A stretch of DNA of 64,000 bases, from the NCBI RefSeq assembly GCF_009914755.1, contig NC_060930.1. One strand, 5' to 3'. Shown here piece after piece: positions 25,996 through 38,397 of this stretch; positions within the stretch are counted from its first letter, which is position 1, and every line of letters starts with the position of its first letter. Source of the DNA: the human T2T-CHM13v2.0 reference genome, Homo sapiens. The notes under the pieces are model-generated. The model did no database searches, was not told where the DNA came from, and was given only the letters and a program-made list of their open reading frames with translations. A program made the translations under genes and the position numbers.

Positions 25996-28900
25996 ACACT
26001 CTTTTTGTAGAAACTGCAAGTGGATATTTGGACCTCTTTGAGGCCTTCGTTGGAAACGGGATTTCTTCCTATAACCCTAGACAGAAGAATTTTCAGAAAC
26101 CTCATTGTGATGTGTGCGTTCATCTCACAGAGTGGAGTCTTCCGTTTGATAGAGAAGTTTTGAAACCCTGTTCTTGTAGGATTTCCAAGTGGATATTTAG
26201 ACCACTTTGAAGCCTATGATAGAAAAGGAAACATCTTCATGGAAAACATAGATAGAATCATCCTCAGAAACAACTTTGTGATGTGTGCGTTGAACTCACC
26301 GTCTTTAACCTTTCTTTTGGTAGAGAAGTTTTGAAACACTCTCTTTGTAAAGTCTACAAGTGGATATTTTGAGCCCTTGGAGGCATTCTTTGGAAAAGGG
26401 AATGTCTTCACATAAAAGGCAGACGGAAGTGTTCTCAGAAACTGCTTTGTGATGTCTGTGTTCAACTCACAGAGTTTAACATTTCCTTTGATAGAGCGGT
26501 TTAGTAACCCTCTCTTTGTAGAATTTGGAAGTGTATACTAAGAGCGCTTTGAGGCCTATGGTAGAAAAGGAAATATCTTTCCATAAAAGCTAGACAGAAG
26601 CAATCTCAGAAACTCCTCTGTGATGTCTGCATTCAACTCACCGAGTGGAACATTCCTCTTGAGAGAGCAGTTTGGAAACACTCTTTCTGTAGAATCAGCT
26701 TGTTTGTATTTGGACCTCCTTGAGGCCTTCGTTGGAAACGGGTTTTCATCTTATAAACCCAGACAGAAGAATTCTCAGAGTCTTCTTTGTGATGTGTGCT
26801 TTCAACTCACCGAGATAAAGATTTCTCTTGATAGAGCAATTTGGAAACACTCTTTTTGTAGAATTTGCAAGGGTACATTGAGAGCGCTTTCAGGCCTATG
26901 GTAGAAAAGGGAATATCTTTCCATAAAAGGTAGACAGAAGCAATCTCAGAAACTACTTTGTGATGTGTGCATTCAACTCACCGAGTGCAACGTTCCTCTT
27001 GACCGAGCAGTTTGGAAACATTGTTTCTGTAGAATCTGCAAGTGGATATTTGGACCTCTTTGAGGCCTTCGTTGGAAACGGGATTTCTTCCTATAAACCC
27101 AGACAGAAGAATTCTCAGAGACTTCTTTGTGATGTGTGAATTCAACTCACAGTGTGGATCCTTCCTTTTGATAGAGCAGTTTTGAAACCCTGTTTTTGTA
27201 GTATTTCCAAGCGGATATTTGGAACGCCTTGAAGCGTATGGTAGAAAAGGAAATATCTTCCCATAAAACCTAGACAGAACCAATCTCAGAAACGACTTTG
27301 TGATGTCTGCATTCAAGTCACAGAGTTGAACATTTCTCTTGATAGAGCAGTTTTGAAACCCTCTTTCTGAAGGATCTGCAAGTGGATATTTGGAACTCCT
27401 TTGGGTCTTCGTTGGAAACGGGATTTCTTCGTATAAATCTAGACAGAAGAATTCTCCGAAACTTCTTTGGTTGTGTGCATTCAAGTCACAGAGTGGAACC
27501 TTCCTTTGGATAGAGCAGTTTGAAACGCCGTGGTTGTAGTATTTCCAAGCGGATATTAGAGCGCCTTGAGGCCTATGGTAGAAAAGGAAATATCTTCCCA
27601 TAAAACCTAGACGGAAGCAATCTCAGAAACTACTGTGTGATGGCTGCATTCCACACACACGGTGGAACATTTCTCTTGATAGAGCAGTTTTGAAACACTC
27701 TTTCTGTAGAATCTGCAAGTGGATAATTGGACCGCCTTGAGGCCTTCGTTGGAAACGGGATTTCTTCATGTTACTCTAGATAGAAGAATTCTCAAACACT
27801 GCTATGTGATGTTTGCATTCAAGTCACAGAGTGCAACATTCCTCTTGGTAGAGCAGTTGGGAAACACTCCTTTTGTAGAATCTGCAATGGGATATTTGGA
27901 CTTCTTTGAGGCCTTCGTTGGAAACGGGATTTCTTCGTATGAATCTAGACAGAAGAATTCTCAGAAACTTCCTTGTGATGTGTGCATTCAACTCAGCGAG
28001 TGGCACCTTCCTTTGGATACAGCAGTTTTGAAACACTGTTTTTGTAGTATTTCCAAGCGGATATTTAGAGCGCCTTGAAGCCTATGCTAGAAATGGAAAT
28101 ATCTCCCCATAAAACCAAGACAGAAGCAATCTCAGAAACTAATGTGTGATGGCTGCATTCCACACACACGGTGGACCATTTCTCTTGATAGAGCAGTTTT
28201 GAAACACTCTTTCTGTAGAATCTGCAAGTGGATAATTGGACCTCCTAGAGGCCTTCGTTGGAAACGGGATTTCTTCATCTAAACCTACAGAGAAGAATTC
28301 TCAGTAACTTCTTCGGATGTGTGCATTCGACGCACAGAATGGAACATTCCCTTTGATAGAGCAGTTTTGAGACACCGTTTTTGTAGAATTCCCAAGTGGA
28401 TATTTAGAGCACTTTGAAGTCTCTGCTAGAAAAGGAAACATCTTCATGTAAAAAGTAGATAGAATCGTTCTCAGAAAGTGCTTAGTGACGTGTGCGTTCA
28501 ACTCACAGAGTTTAACGTTTCTTTTGATAGAGCGTTTCTGAAACACCCTTCTTGTAGTAGCTGCAAGTGGATATTTGGACCTATTGGAGGCCTTCTTTGG
28601 AAATGGGATTTCTTCATGTAACTCTAGATTGAAGAGTTCTCAGAAACTCCTTTGTGATGTGTGCATTCAATTCAAAGAGTGAAACCTCCCTTTTCACAGA
28701 GCAGTTTTGAAACACTGTTTTTGTAGGATTTCCAAGGGGATATTTATAGCGCATTGAGCCTACGGCGGAAAAAGAAACATCTTCCTATAAAAACTAGACA
28801 GAATACTTCTCAGAATCTGCTTTGCGATGTGTGCGTTCAACTCACAGAGTAAAACTTTTCTTTTGATAGAGCAGTTTTGAAACACTCTTTTTGTAGTATT

Positions 28901-31900
28901 TGCATGTGTATATTTAGAGCGCATTGAAGCCCACAGTAGAAAAGGAAATAACTTCACCTAAAACCTAGACAGAAGCAATCTCAGAAACTACTTTGTGATG
29001 TGTACATTCAACTCACAGAGTGGAACTTTCCTCTTTATAGAGCAGTGTTGAAACACTCTTTTTGTAGAAACTGCAAGTGGATATTTGGACCTCTTTGAGG
29101 CCTTCGTTGGAAACGGGATTTCTTCCTATAACCCTAGACAGAAGAATTTTCAGAAACCTCATTGTGATGTGTGCGTTCATCTCACAGAGTGGAGTCTTCC
29201 GTTTGATAGAGAAGTTTTGAAACCCTGTTCTTGTAGGATTTCCAAGTGGATATTTAGACCACTTTGAAGCCTATGATAGAAAAGGAAACATCTTCATGGA
29301 AAACATAGATAGAATCATCCTCAGAAACAACTTTGTGATGTGTGCGTTGAACTCACCGTCTTTAACCTTTCTTTTGGTAGAGAAGTTTTGAAACACTCTC
29401 TTTGTAAAGTCTACAAGTGGATATTTTGAGCCCTTGGAGGCATTCTTTGGAAAAGGGAATGTCTTCACATAAAAGGCAGACGGAAGTGTTCTCAGAAACT
29501 GCTTTGTGATGTCTGTGTTCAACTCACAGAGTTTAACATTTCCTTTGATAGAGCGGTTTAGTAACCCTCTCTTTGTAGAATTTGGAAGTGTATACTAAGA
29601 GCGCTTTGAGGCCTATGGTAGAAAAGGAAATATCTTTCCATAAAAGCTAGACAGAAGCAATCTCAGAAACTCCTTTGCGATGTCTGCATTCAACTCACCG
29701 AGTGGAACATTCCTCTTGAGAGAGCAGTTTGGAAACACTCTTTCTGTAGAATCAGCTTGTTTGTATTTGGACCTCCTTGAGGCCTTCGTTGGAAACGGGT
29801 TTTCATCTTATAAACCCAGACAGAAGAATTCTCAGAGTCTTCTTTGTGATGTGTGCTTTCAACTCACCGAGATAAAGATTTCTCTTGATAGAGCAATTTG
29901 GAAACACTCTTTTTGTAGAATTTGCAAGGGTACATTGAGAGCGCTTTCAGGCCTATGGTAGAAAAGGGAATATCTTTCCATAAAAGGTAGACAGAAGCAA
30001 TCTCAGAAACTACTTTGTGATGTGTGCATTCAACTCACCGAGTGCAACGTTCCTCTTGACCGAGCAGTTTGGAAACATTGTTTCTGTAGAATCTGCAAGT
30101 GGATATTTGGACCTCTTTGAGGCCTTCGTTGGAAACGGGATTTCTTCCTATAAACCCAGACAGAAGAATTCTCAGAGACTTCTTTGTGATGTGTGAATTC
30201 AACTCACAGTGTGGATCCTTCCTTTTGATAGAGCAGTTTTGAAACCCTGTTTTTGTAGTATTTCCAAGCGGATATTTGGAACGCCTTGAAGCGTATGGTA
30301 GAAAAGGAAATATCTTCCCATAAAACCTAGACAGAACCAATCTCAGAAACGACTTTGTGATGTCTGCATTCAAGTCACAGAGTTGAACATTTCTCTTGAT
30401 AGAGCAGTTTTGAAACCCTCTTTCTGAAGGATCTGCAAGTGGATATTTGGAACTCCTTTGGGTCTTCGTTGGAAACGGGATTTCTTCGTATAAATCTAGA
30501 CAGAAGAATTCTCCGAAACTTCTTTGGTTGTGTGCATTCAAGTCACAGAGTGGAACCTTCCTTTGGATAGAGCAGTTTGAAACGCCGTGGTTGTAGTATT
30601 TCCAAGCGGATATTAGAGCGCCTTGAGGCCTATGGTAGAAAAGGAAATATCTTCCCATAAAACCTAGACGGAAGCAATCTCAGAAACTACTGTGTGATGG
30701 CTGCATTCCACACACACGGTGGAACATTTCTCTTGATAGAGCAGTTTTGAAACACTCTTTCTGTAGAATCTGCAAGTGGATAATTGGACCGCCTTGAGGC
30801 CTTCGTTGGAAACGGGATTTCTTCATGTTACTCTAGATAGAAGAATTCTCAAACACTGCTATGTGATGTTTGCATTCAAGTCACAGAGTGCAACATTCCT
30901 CTTGGTAGAGCAGTTGGGAAACACTCCTTTTGTAGAATCTGCAATGGGATATTTGGACTTCTTTGAGGCCTTCGTTGGAAACGGGATTTCTTCGTATGAA
31001 TCTAGACAGAAGAATTCTCAGAAACTTCCTTGTGATGTGTGCATTCAACTCAGCGAGTGGCACCTTCCTTTGGATACAGCAGTTTTGAAACACTGTTTTT
31101 GTAGTATTTCCAAGCGGATATTTAGAGCGCCTTGAAGCCTATGCTAGAAATGGAAATATCTCCCCATAAAACCAAGACAGAAGCAATCTCAGAAACTAAT
31201 GTGTGATGGCTGCATTCCACACACACGGTGGACCATTTCTCTTGATAGAGCAGTTTTGAAACACTCTTTCTGTAGAATCTGCAAGTGGATAATTGGACCT
31301 CCTAGAGGCCTTCGTTGGAAACGGGATTTCTTCATCTAAACCTACAGAGAAGAATTCTCAGTAACTTCTTCGGATGTGTGCATTCGACGCACAGAATGGA
31401 ACATTCCCTTTGATAGAGCAGTTTTGAGACACCGTTTTTGTAGAATTCCCAAGTGGATATTTAGAGCACTTTGAAGTCTCTGCTAGAAAAGGAAACATCT
31501 TCATGTAAAAAGTAGATAGAATCGTTCTCAGAAAGTGCTTAGTGACGTGTGCGTTCAACTCACAGAGTTTAACGTTTCTATTGATAGAGCGTTTCTGAAA
31601 CACCCTTCTTGTAGTAGCTGCAAGTGGATATTTGGACCTATTGGAGGCCTTCTTTGGAAATGGGATTTCTTCATGTAACTCTAGATTGAAGAGTTCTCAG
31701 AAACTCCTTTGTGATGTGTGCATTCAATTCAAAGAGTGAAACCTCCCTTTTCACAGAGCAGTTTTGAAACACTGTTTTTGTAGGATTTCCAAGGGGATAT
31801 TTATAGCGCATTGAGCCTACGGCGGAAAAAGAAATATCTTCCTATAAAAACTAGACAGAATACTTCTCAGAATCTGCTTTGCGATGTGTGTGTTCAACCC

Positions 31901-32109
31901 ACAGAGTAAAACTTTTCTTTTGATAGAGCAGTTTTGAAACACTCTTTTTGTAGTATTTGCATGTGTATATTTAGAGCGCATTGAAGCCCACAGTAGAAAA
32001 GGAAATAACTTCACCTAAAACCTAGACAGAAGCAATCTCAGAAACTACTTTGTGATGTGTACATTCAACTCACAGAGTGGAACTTTCCTCTTTATAGAGC
32101 AGTGTTGAA
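25996..32109 (+). repeat. Two canonical 18-mer units U10-U11
   Basis: Marker ORF at 26028, 29085 and 32142. Confidence 0.95.
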
Positions 32110-35100
32110 ACACTCTTTTTGTAGAAACTGCAAGTGGATATTTGGACCTCTTTGAGGCCTTCGTTGGAAACGGGATTTCTTCCTATAACCCTAGACAGAA
32201 GAATTTTCAGAAACCTCATTGTGATGTGTGCGTTCATCTCACAGAGTGGAGTCTTCCGTTTGATAGAGAAGTTTTGAAACCCTGTTCTTGTAGGATTTCC
32301 AAGTGGATATTTAGACCACTTTGAAGCCTATGATAGAAAAGGAAACATCTTCATGGAAAACATAGATAGAATCATCCTCAGAAACAACTTTGTGATGTGT
32401 GCGTTGAACTCACCGTCTTTAACCTTTCTTTTGGTAGAGAAGTTTTGAAACACTCTCTTTGTAAAGTCTACAAGTGGATATTTTGAGCCCTTGGAGGCAT
32501 TCTTTGGAAAAGGGAATGTCTTCACATAAAAGGCAGACGGAAGTGTTCTCAGAAACTGCTTTGTGATGTCTGTGTTCAACTCACAGAGTTTAACATTTCC
32601 TTTGATAGAGCGGTTTAGTAACCCTCTCTTTGTAGAATTTGGAAGTGTATACTAAGAGCGCTTTGAGGCCTATGGTAGAAAAGGAAATATCTTTCCATAA
32701 AAGCTAGACAGAAGCAATCTCGGAAACTCCTTTGTGATGTCTGCATTCAACTCACCGAGTGGAACATTCCTCTTGAGAGAGCAGTTTGGAAACACTCTTT
32801 CTGTAGAATCAGCTTGTTTGTATTTGGACCTCCTTGAGGCCTTCGTTGGAAACGGGTTTTCATCTTATAAACCCAGACAGAAGAATTCTCAGAGTCTTCT
32901 TTGTGATGTGTGCTTTCAACTCACCGAGATAAAGATTTCTCTTGATAGAGCAATTTGGAAACACTCTTTTTGTAGAATTTGCAAGGGTACATTGAGAGCG
33001 CTTTCAGGCCTATGGTAGAAAAGGGAATATCTTTCCATAAAAGGTAGACAGAAGCAATCTCAGAAACTACTTTGTGATGTGTGCATTCAACTCACCGAGT
33101 GCAACGTTCCTCTTGACCGAGCAGTTTGGAAACATTGTTTCTGTAGAATCTGCAAGTGGATATTTGGACCTCTTTGAGGCCTTCGTTGGAAACGGGATTT
33201 CTTCCTATAAACCCAGACAGAAGAATTCTCAGAGACTTCTTTGTGATGTGTGAATTCAACTCACAGTGTGGATCCTTCCTTTTGATAGAGCAGTTTTGAA
33301 ACCCTGTTTTTGTAGTATTTCCAAGCGGATATTTGGAACGCCTTGAAGCGTATGGTAGAAAAGGAAATATCTTCCCATAAAACCTAGACAGAACCAATCT
33401 CAGAAACGACTTTGTGATGTCTGCATTCAAGTCACAGAGTTGAACATTTCTCTTGATAGAGCAGTTTTGAAACCCTCTTTCTGAAGGATCTGCAAGTGGA
33501 TATTTGGAACTCCTTTGGGTCTTCGTTGGAAACGGGATTTCTTCGTATAAATCTAGACAGAAGAATTCTCCGAAACTTCTTTGGTTGTGTGCATTCAAGT
33601 CACAGAGTGGAACCTTCCTTTGGATAGAGCAGTTTGAAACGCCGTGGTTGTAGTATTTCCAAGCGGATATTAGAGCGCCTTGAGGCCTATGGTAGAAAAG
33701 GAAATATCTTCCCATAAAACCTAGACGGAAGCAATCTCAGAAACTACTGTGTGATGGCTGCATTCCACACACACGGTGGAACATTTCTCTTGATAGAGCA
33801 GTTTTGAAACACTCTTTCTGTAGAATCTGCAAGTGGATAATTGGACCGCCTTGAGGCCTTCGTTGGAAACGGGATTTCTTCATGTTACTCTAGATAGAAG
33901 AATTCTCAAACACTGCTATGTGATGTTTGCATTCAAGTCACAGAGTGCAACATTCCTCTTGGTAGAGCAGTTGGGAAACACTCCTTTTGTAGAATCTGCA
34001 ATGGGATATTTGGACTTCTTTGAGGCCTTCGTTGGAAACGGGATTTCTTCGTATGACTCTAGACAGAAGAATTCTCAGAAACTTCCTTGTGATGTGTGCA
34101 TTCAACTCAGCGAGTGGCACCTTCCTTTGGATACAGCAGTTTTGAAACACTGTTTTTGTAGTATTTCCAAGCGGATATTTAGAGCGCCTTGAAGCCTATG
34201 CTAGAAATGGAAATATCTCCCCATAAAACCAAGACGGAAGCAATCTCAGAAAATAATGTGTGATGGCTGCATTCCACACACACGGTGGACCATTTCTCTT
34301 GATAGAGCAGTTTTGAAACACTCTTTCTGTAGAATCTGCAAGTGGATAATTGGACCTCCTAGAGGCCTTCGTTGGAAACGGGATTTCTTCCTATAAACCC
34401 AGACAGAAGAATTCTCAGAGACTTCTTTGTGATGTGTGAATTCAACTCACAGTGTGGATCCTTCCTTTTGATAGAGCAGTTTTGAAACCCTGTTTTTGTA
34501 GTATTTCCAAGCGGATATTTGGAACGCCTTGAAGCGTAAGGTAGAAAAGGAAATATCTTCCCATAAAACCTAGACAGAACCAATCTCAGAAACGACTTTG
34601 TGATGTCTGCATTCAAGTCACAGAGTTGAACATTTCTCTTGATAGAGCAGTTTTGAAACCCTCTTTCTGAAGGATCTGCAAGTGGATATTTGGAACTCCT
34701 TTGGGTCTTCGTTGGAAACGGGATTTCTTCGTATAAATCTAGACAGAAGAATTCTCAGAAACTTCCTTGTGATGTGTGCATTCAACTCAGCGAGTGGCAC
34801 CTTCCTTTGGATACAGCAGTTTTGAAACACTGTTTTTGTAGTATTTCCAAGCGGATATTTAGAGCGCCTTGAAGCCTATGCTAGAAATGGAAATATCTCC
34901 CCATAAAACCAAGACGGAAGCAATCTCAGAAACTAATGTGTGATGGCTGCATTCCACACACACGGTGGACCATTTCTCTTGATAGAGCAGTTTTGAAACA
35001 ATCTTTCTGTAGAATCTGCAAGTGGATAATTGGACCTCCGAGAGGCCTTCGTTGGAAACGGGATTTCTTCATCTAAACCTACAGAGAAGTATTCTCAGTA

Positions 35101-35846
35101 ACTTCTTCGGATGTGTGCATTCGACGCACAGAATGGAACATTCCCTTTGATAGAGCAGTTTTGAGACACCGTTTTTGTAGAATTCCCAAGTGGATATTTA
35201 GAGCACTTTGAAGTCTCTGCTAGAAAAGGAAACATCATCATGTAAAAAGTAGATAGAATCGTTCTCAGAAAGTGCTTAGTGTCGTGTGCGTTCAACTCAC
35301 AGAGTTTAACGTTTCTTTTGATAGAGCGTTTCTGAAACACCCTTCTTGTAGTAGCTGCAAGTGGATATTTGGTCCTATTGGAGGCCTTCTTTGGAAATGG
35401 GATTTCTTCATGTAACTCTAGATTGAAGAATTCTCAGAAACTCCTTTGTGATGTGTGCATTCAATTCAAAGAGTGAAACCTCTCTTTTCACAGAGCAGTT
35501 TTGAAACACTGTTTTTGTAGGATTTCCAAGGGGATATTTATAGCGCATTGAGCCTACGGCGGAAAAAGAAACATCTTCCTATAAAAACTAGACAGAATAC
35601 TTCTCAGAATCTGCTTTGCGATGTGTGCGTTCAACTCACAGAGTAAAACTTTTCTTTTGATAGAGCAGTTTTGAAACACTCTTTTTGTAGTATTTGCATG
35701 TGTATATTTAGAGCGCATTGAAGCCCACAGTAGAAAAGGAAATAACTTCACCTAAAACCTAGACAGAAGCAATCTCAGAAACTACTTTGTGATGTGTACA
35801 TTCAACTCACAGAGTGGAACTTTCCTCTTTATAGAGCAGTGTTGAA
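32110..35846 (+). repeat. Composite 22-monomer unit U12 (3737 bp = 1186-bp 7-mer + 2551-bp 15-mer)
   Basis: Spacing 32142->35879 = 3737. BamHI sites lie at 33270 and 34456 (1186 bp apart) and the next is at 37007 (2551 bp). There is a register jump at 34362-34390 and a 15-mer junction at 34736-34756. Confidence 0.93.
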
Positions 35847-38397
35847 ACACTCTTTTTGTAGAAACTGCAAGTGGATATTTGGACCTCTTTGAGGCCTTCG
35901 TTGGAAACGGGATTTCTTCCTATAACCCTAGACAGAAGAATTTTCAGAAACCTCATTGTGATGTGTGCGTTCATCTCACAGAGTGGAGTCTTCCGTTTGA
36001 TAGAGAAGTTTTGAAACCCTGTTCTTGTAGGATTTCCAAGTGGATATTTAGACCACTTTGAAGCCTATGATAGAAAAGGAAACATCTTCATGGAAAACAT
36101 AGATAGAATCATCCTCAGAAACAACTTTGTGATGTGTGCGTTGAACTCACCGTCTTTAACCTTTCTTTTGGTAGAGAAGTTTTGAAACACTCTCTTTGTA
36201 AAGTCTACAAGTGGATATTTTGAGCCCTTGGAGGCATTCTTTGGAAAAGGGAATGTCTTCACATAAAAGGCAGACAGAAGTGTTCTCAGAAACTGCTTTG
36301 TGATGTCTGTGTTCAACTCACAGAGTTTAACATTTCCTTTGATAGAGCGGTTTAGTAACCCTCTCTTTGTAGAATTTGGAAGTGTATACTAAGAGCGCTT
36401 TGAGGCCTATGGTAGAAAAGGAAATATCTTTCCATAAAAGCTAGACAGAAGCAATCTCAGAAACTCCTTTGTGATGTCTGCATTCAACTCACCGAGTGGA
36501 ACATTCCTCTTGAGAGAGCAGTTTGGAAACACTCTTTCTGTAGAATCAGCTTGTTTGTATTTGGACCTCCTTGAGGCCTTCGTTGGAAACGGGTTTTCAT
36601 CTTATAAACCCAGACAGAAGAATTCTCAGAGTCTTCTTTGTGATGTGTGCTTTCAACTCACCGAGATAAAGATTTCTCTTGATAGAGCAATTTGGAAACA
36701 CTCTTTTTGTAGAATTTGCAAGGGTACATTGAGAGCGCTTTCAGGCCTATGGTAGAAAAGGGAATATCTTTCCATAAAAGGTAGACAGAAGCAATCTCAG
36801 AAACTACTTTGTGATGTGTGCATTCAACTCACCGAGTGCAACGTTCCTCTTGACCGAGCAGTTTGGAAACATTGTTTCTGTAGAATCTGCAAGTGGATAT
36901 TTGGACCTCTTTGAGGCCTTCGTTGGAAACGGGATTTCTTCCTATAAACCCAGACAGAAGAATTCTCAGAGACTTCTTTGTGATGTGTGAATTCAACTCA
37001 CAGTGTGGATCCTTCCTTTTGATAGAGCAGTTTTGAAACCCTGTTTTTGCAGTATTTCCAAGCGGATATTTGGAACGCCTTGAAGCGTATGGTAGAAAAG
37101 GAAATATCTTCCCATAAAACCTAGACAGAACCAATCTCAGAAACGACTTTGTGATGTCTGCATTCAAGTCACAGAGTTGAACATTTCTCTTGATAGAGCA
37201 GTTTTGAAACCCTCTTTCTGAAGGATCTGCAAGTGGATATTTGGAACTCCTTTGGGTCTTCGTTGGAAACGGGATTTCTTCGTATAAATCTAGACAGAAG
37301 AATTCTCAGAAACTTCCTTGTGATGTGTGCATTCAACTCAGCGAGTGGCACCTTCCTTTGGATACAGCAGTTTTGAAACACTGTTTTTGTAGTATTTCCA
37401 AGCGGATATTTAGAGCGCCTTGAAGCCTATGCTAGAAATGGAAATATCTCCCCATAAAACCAAGACAGAAGCAATCTCAGAAACTAATGTGTGATGGCTG
37501 CATTCCACACACACGGTGGACCATTTCTCTTGATAGAGCAGTTTTGAAACACTCTTTCTGTAGAATCTGCAAGTGGATAATTGGACCTCCGAGAGGCCTT
37601 CGTTGGAAACGGGATTTCTTCATCTAAACCTACAGAGAAGTATTCTCAGTAACTTCTTCGGATGTGTGCATTCGACGCACAGAATGGAACATTCCCTTTG
37701 ATAGAGCAGTTTTGAGACACCGTTTTTGTAGAATTCCCAAGTGGATATTTAGAGCACTTTGAAGTCTCTGCTAGAAAAGGAAACATCATCATGTAAAAAG
37801 TAGATAGAATCGTTCTCAGAAAGTGCTTAGTGTCGTGTGCGTTCAACTCACAGAGTTTAACGTTTCTTTTGATAGAGCGTTTCTGAAACACCCTTCTTGT
37901 AGTAGCTGCAAGTGGATATTTGGACCTATTGGAGGCCTTCTTTGGAAATGGGATTTCTTCATGTAACTCTAGATTGAAGAATTCTCAGAAACTCCTTTGT
38001 GATGTGTGCATTCAATTCAAAGAGTGAAACCTCTCTTTTCACAGAGCAGTTTTGAAACACTGTTTTTGTAGGATTTCCAAGGGGATATTTATAGCGCATT
38101 GAGCCTACGGCGGAAAAAGAAACATCTTCCTATAAAAACTAGACAGAATACTTCTCAGAATCTGCTTTGCGATGTGTGCGTTCAACTCACAGAGTAAAAC
38201 TTTTCTTTTGATAGAGCAGTTTTGAAACACTCTTTTTGTAGTATTTGCATGTGTATATTTAGAGCGCATTGAAGCCCACAGTAGAAAAGGAAATAACTTC
38301 ACCTAAAACCTAGACAGAAGCAATCTCAGAAACTACTTTGTGATGTGTACATTCAACTCACAGAGTGGAACTTTCCTCTTTATAGAGCAGTGTTGAA
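35847..38397 (+). repeat. 15-mer HOR variant U13 (junction within 37287-37307)
   Basis: Spacing 35879->38430 = 2551. Confidence 0.95.
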
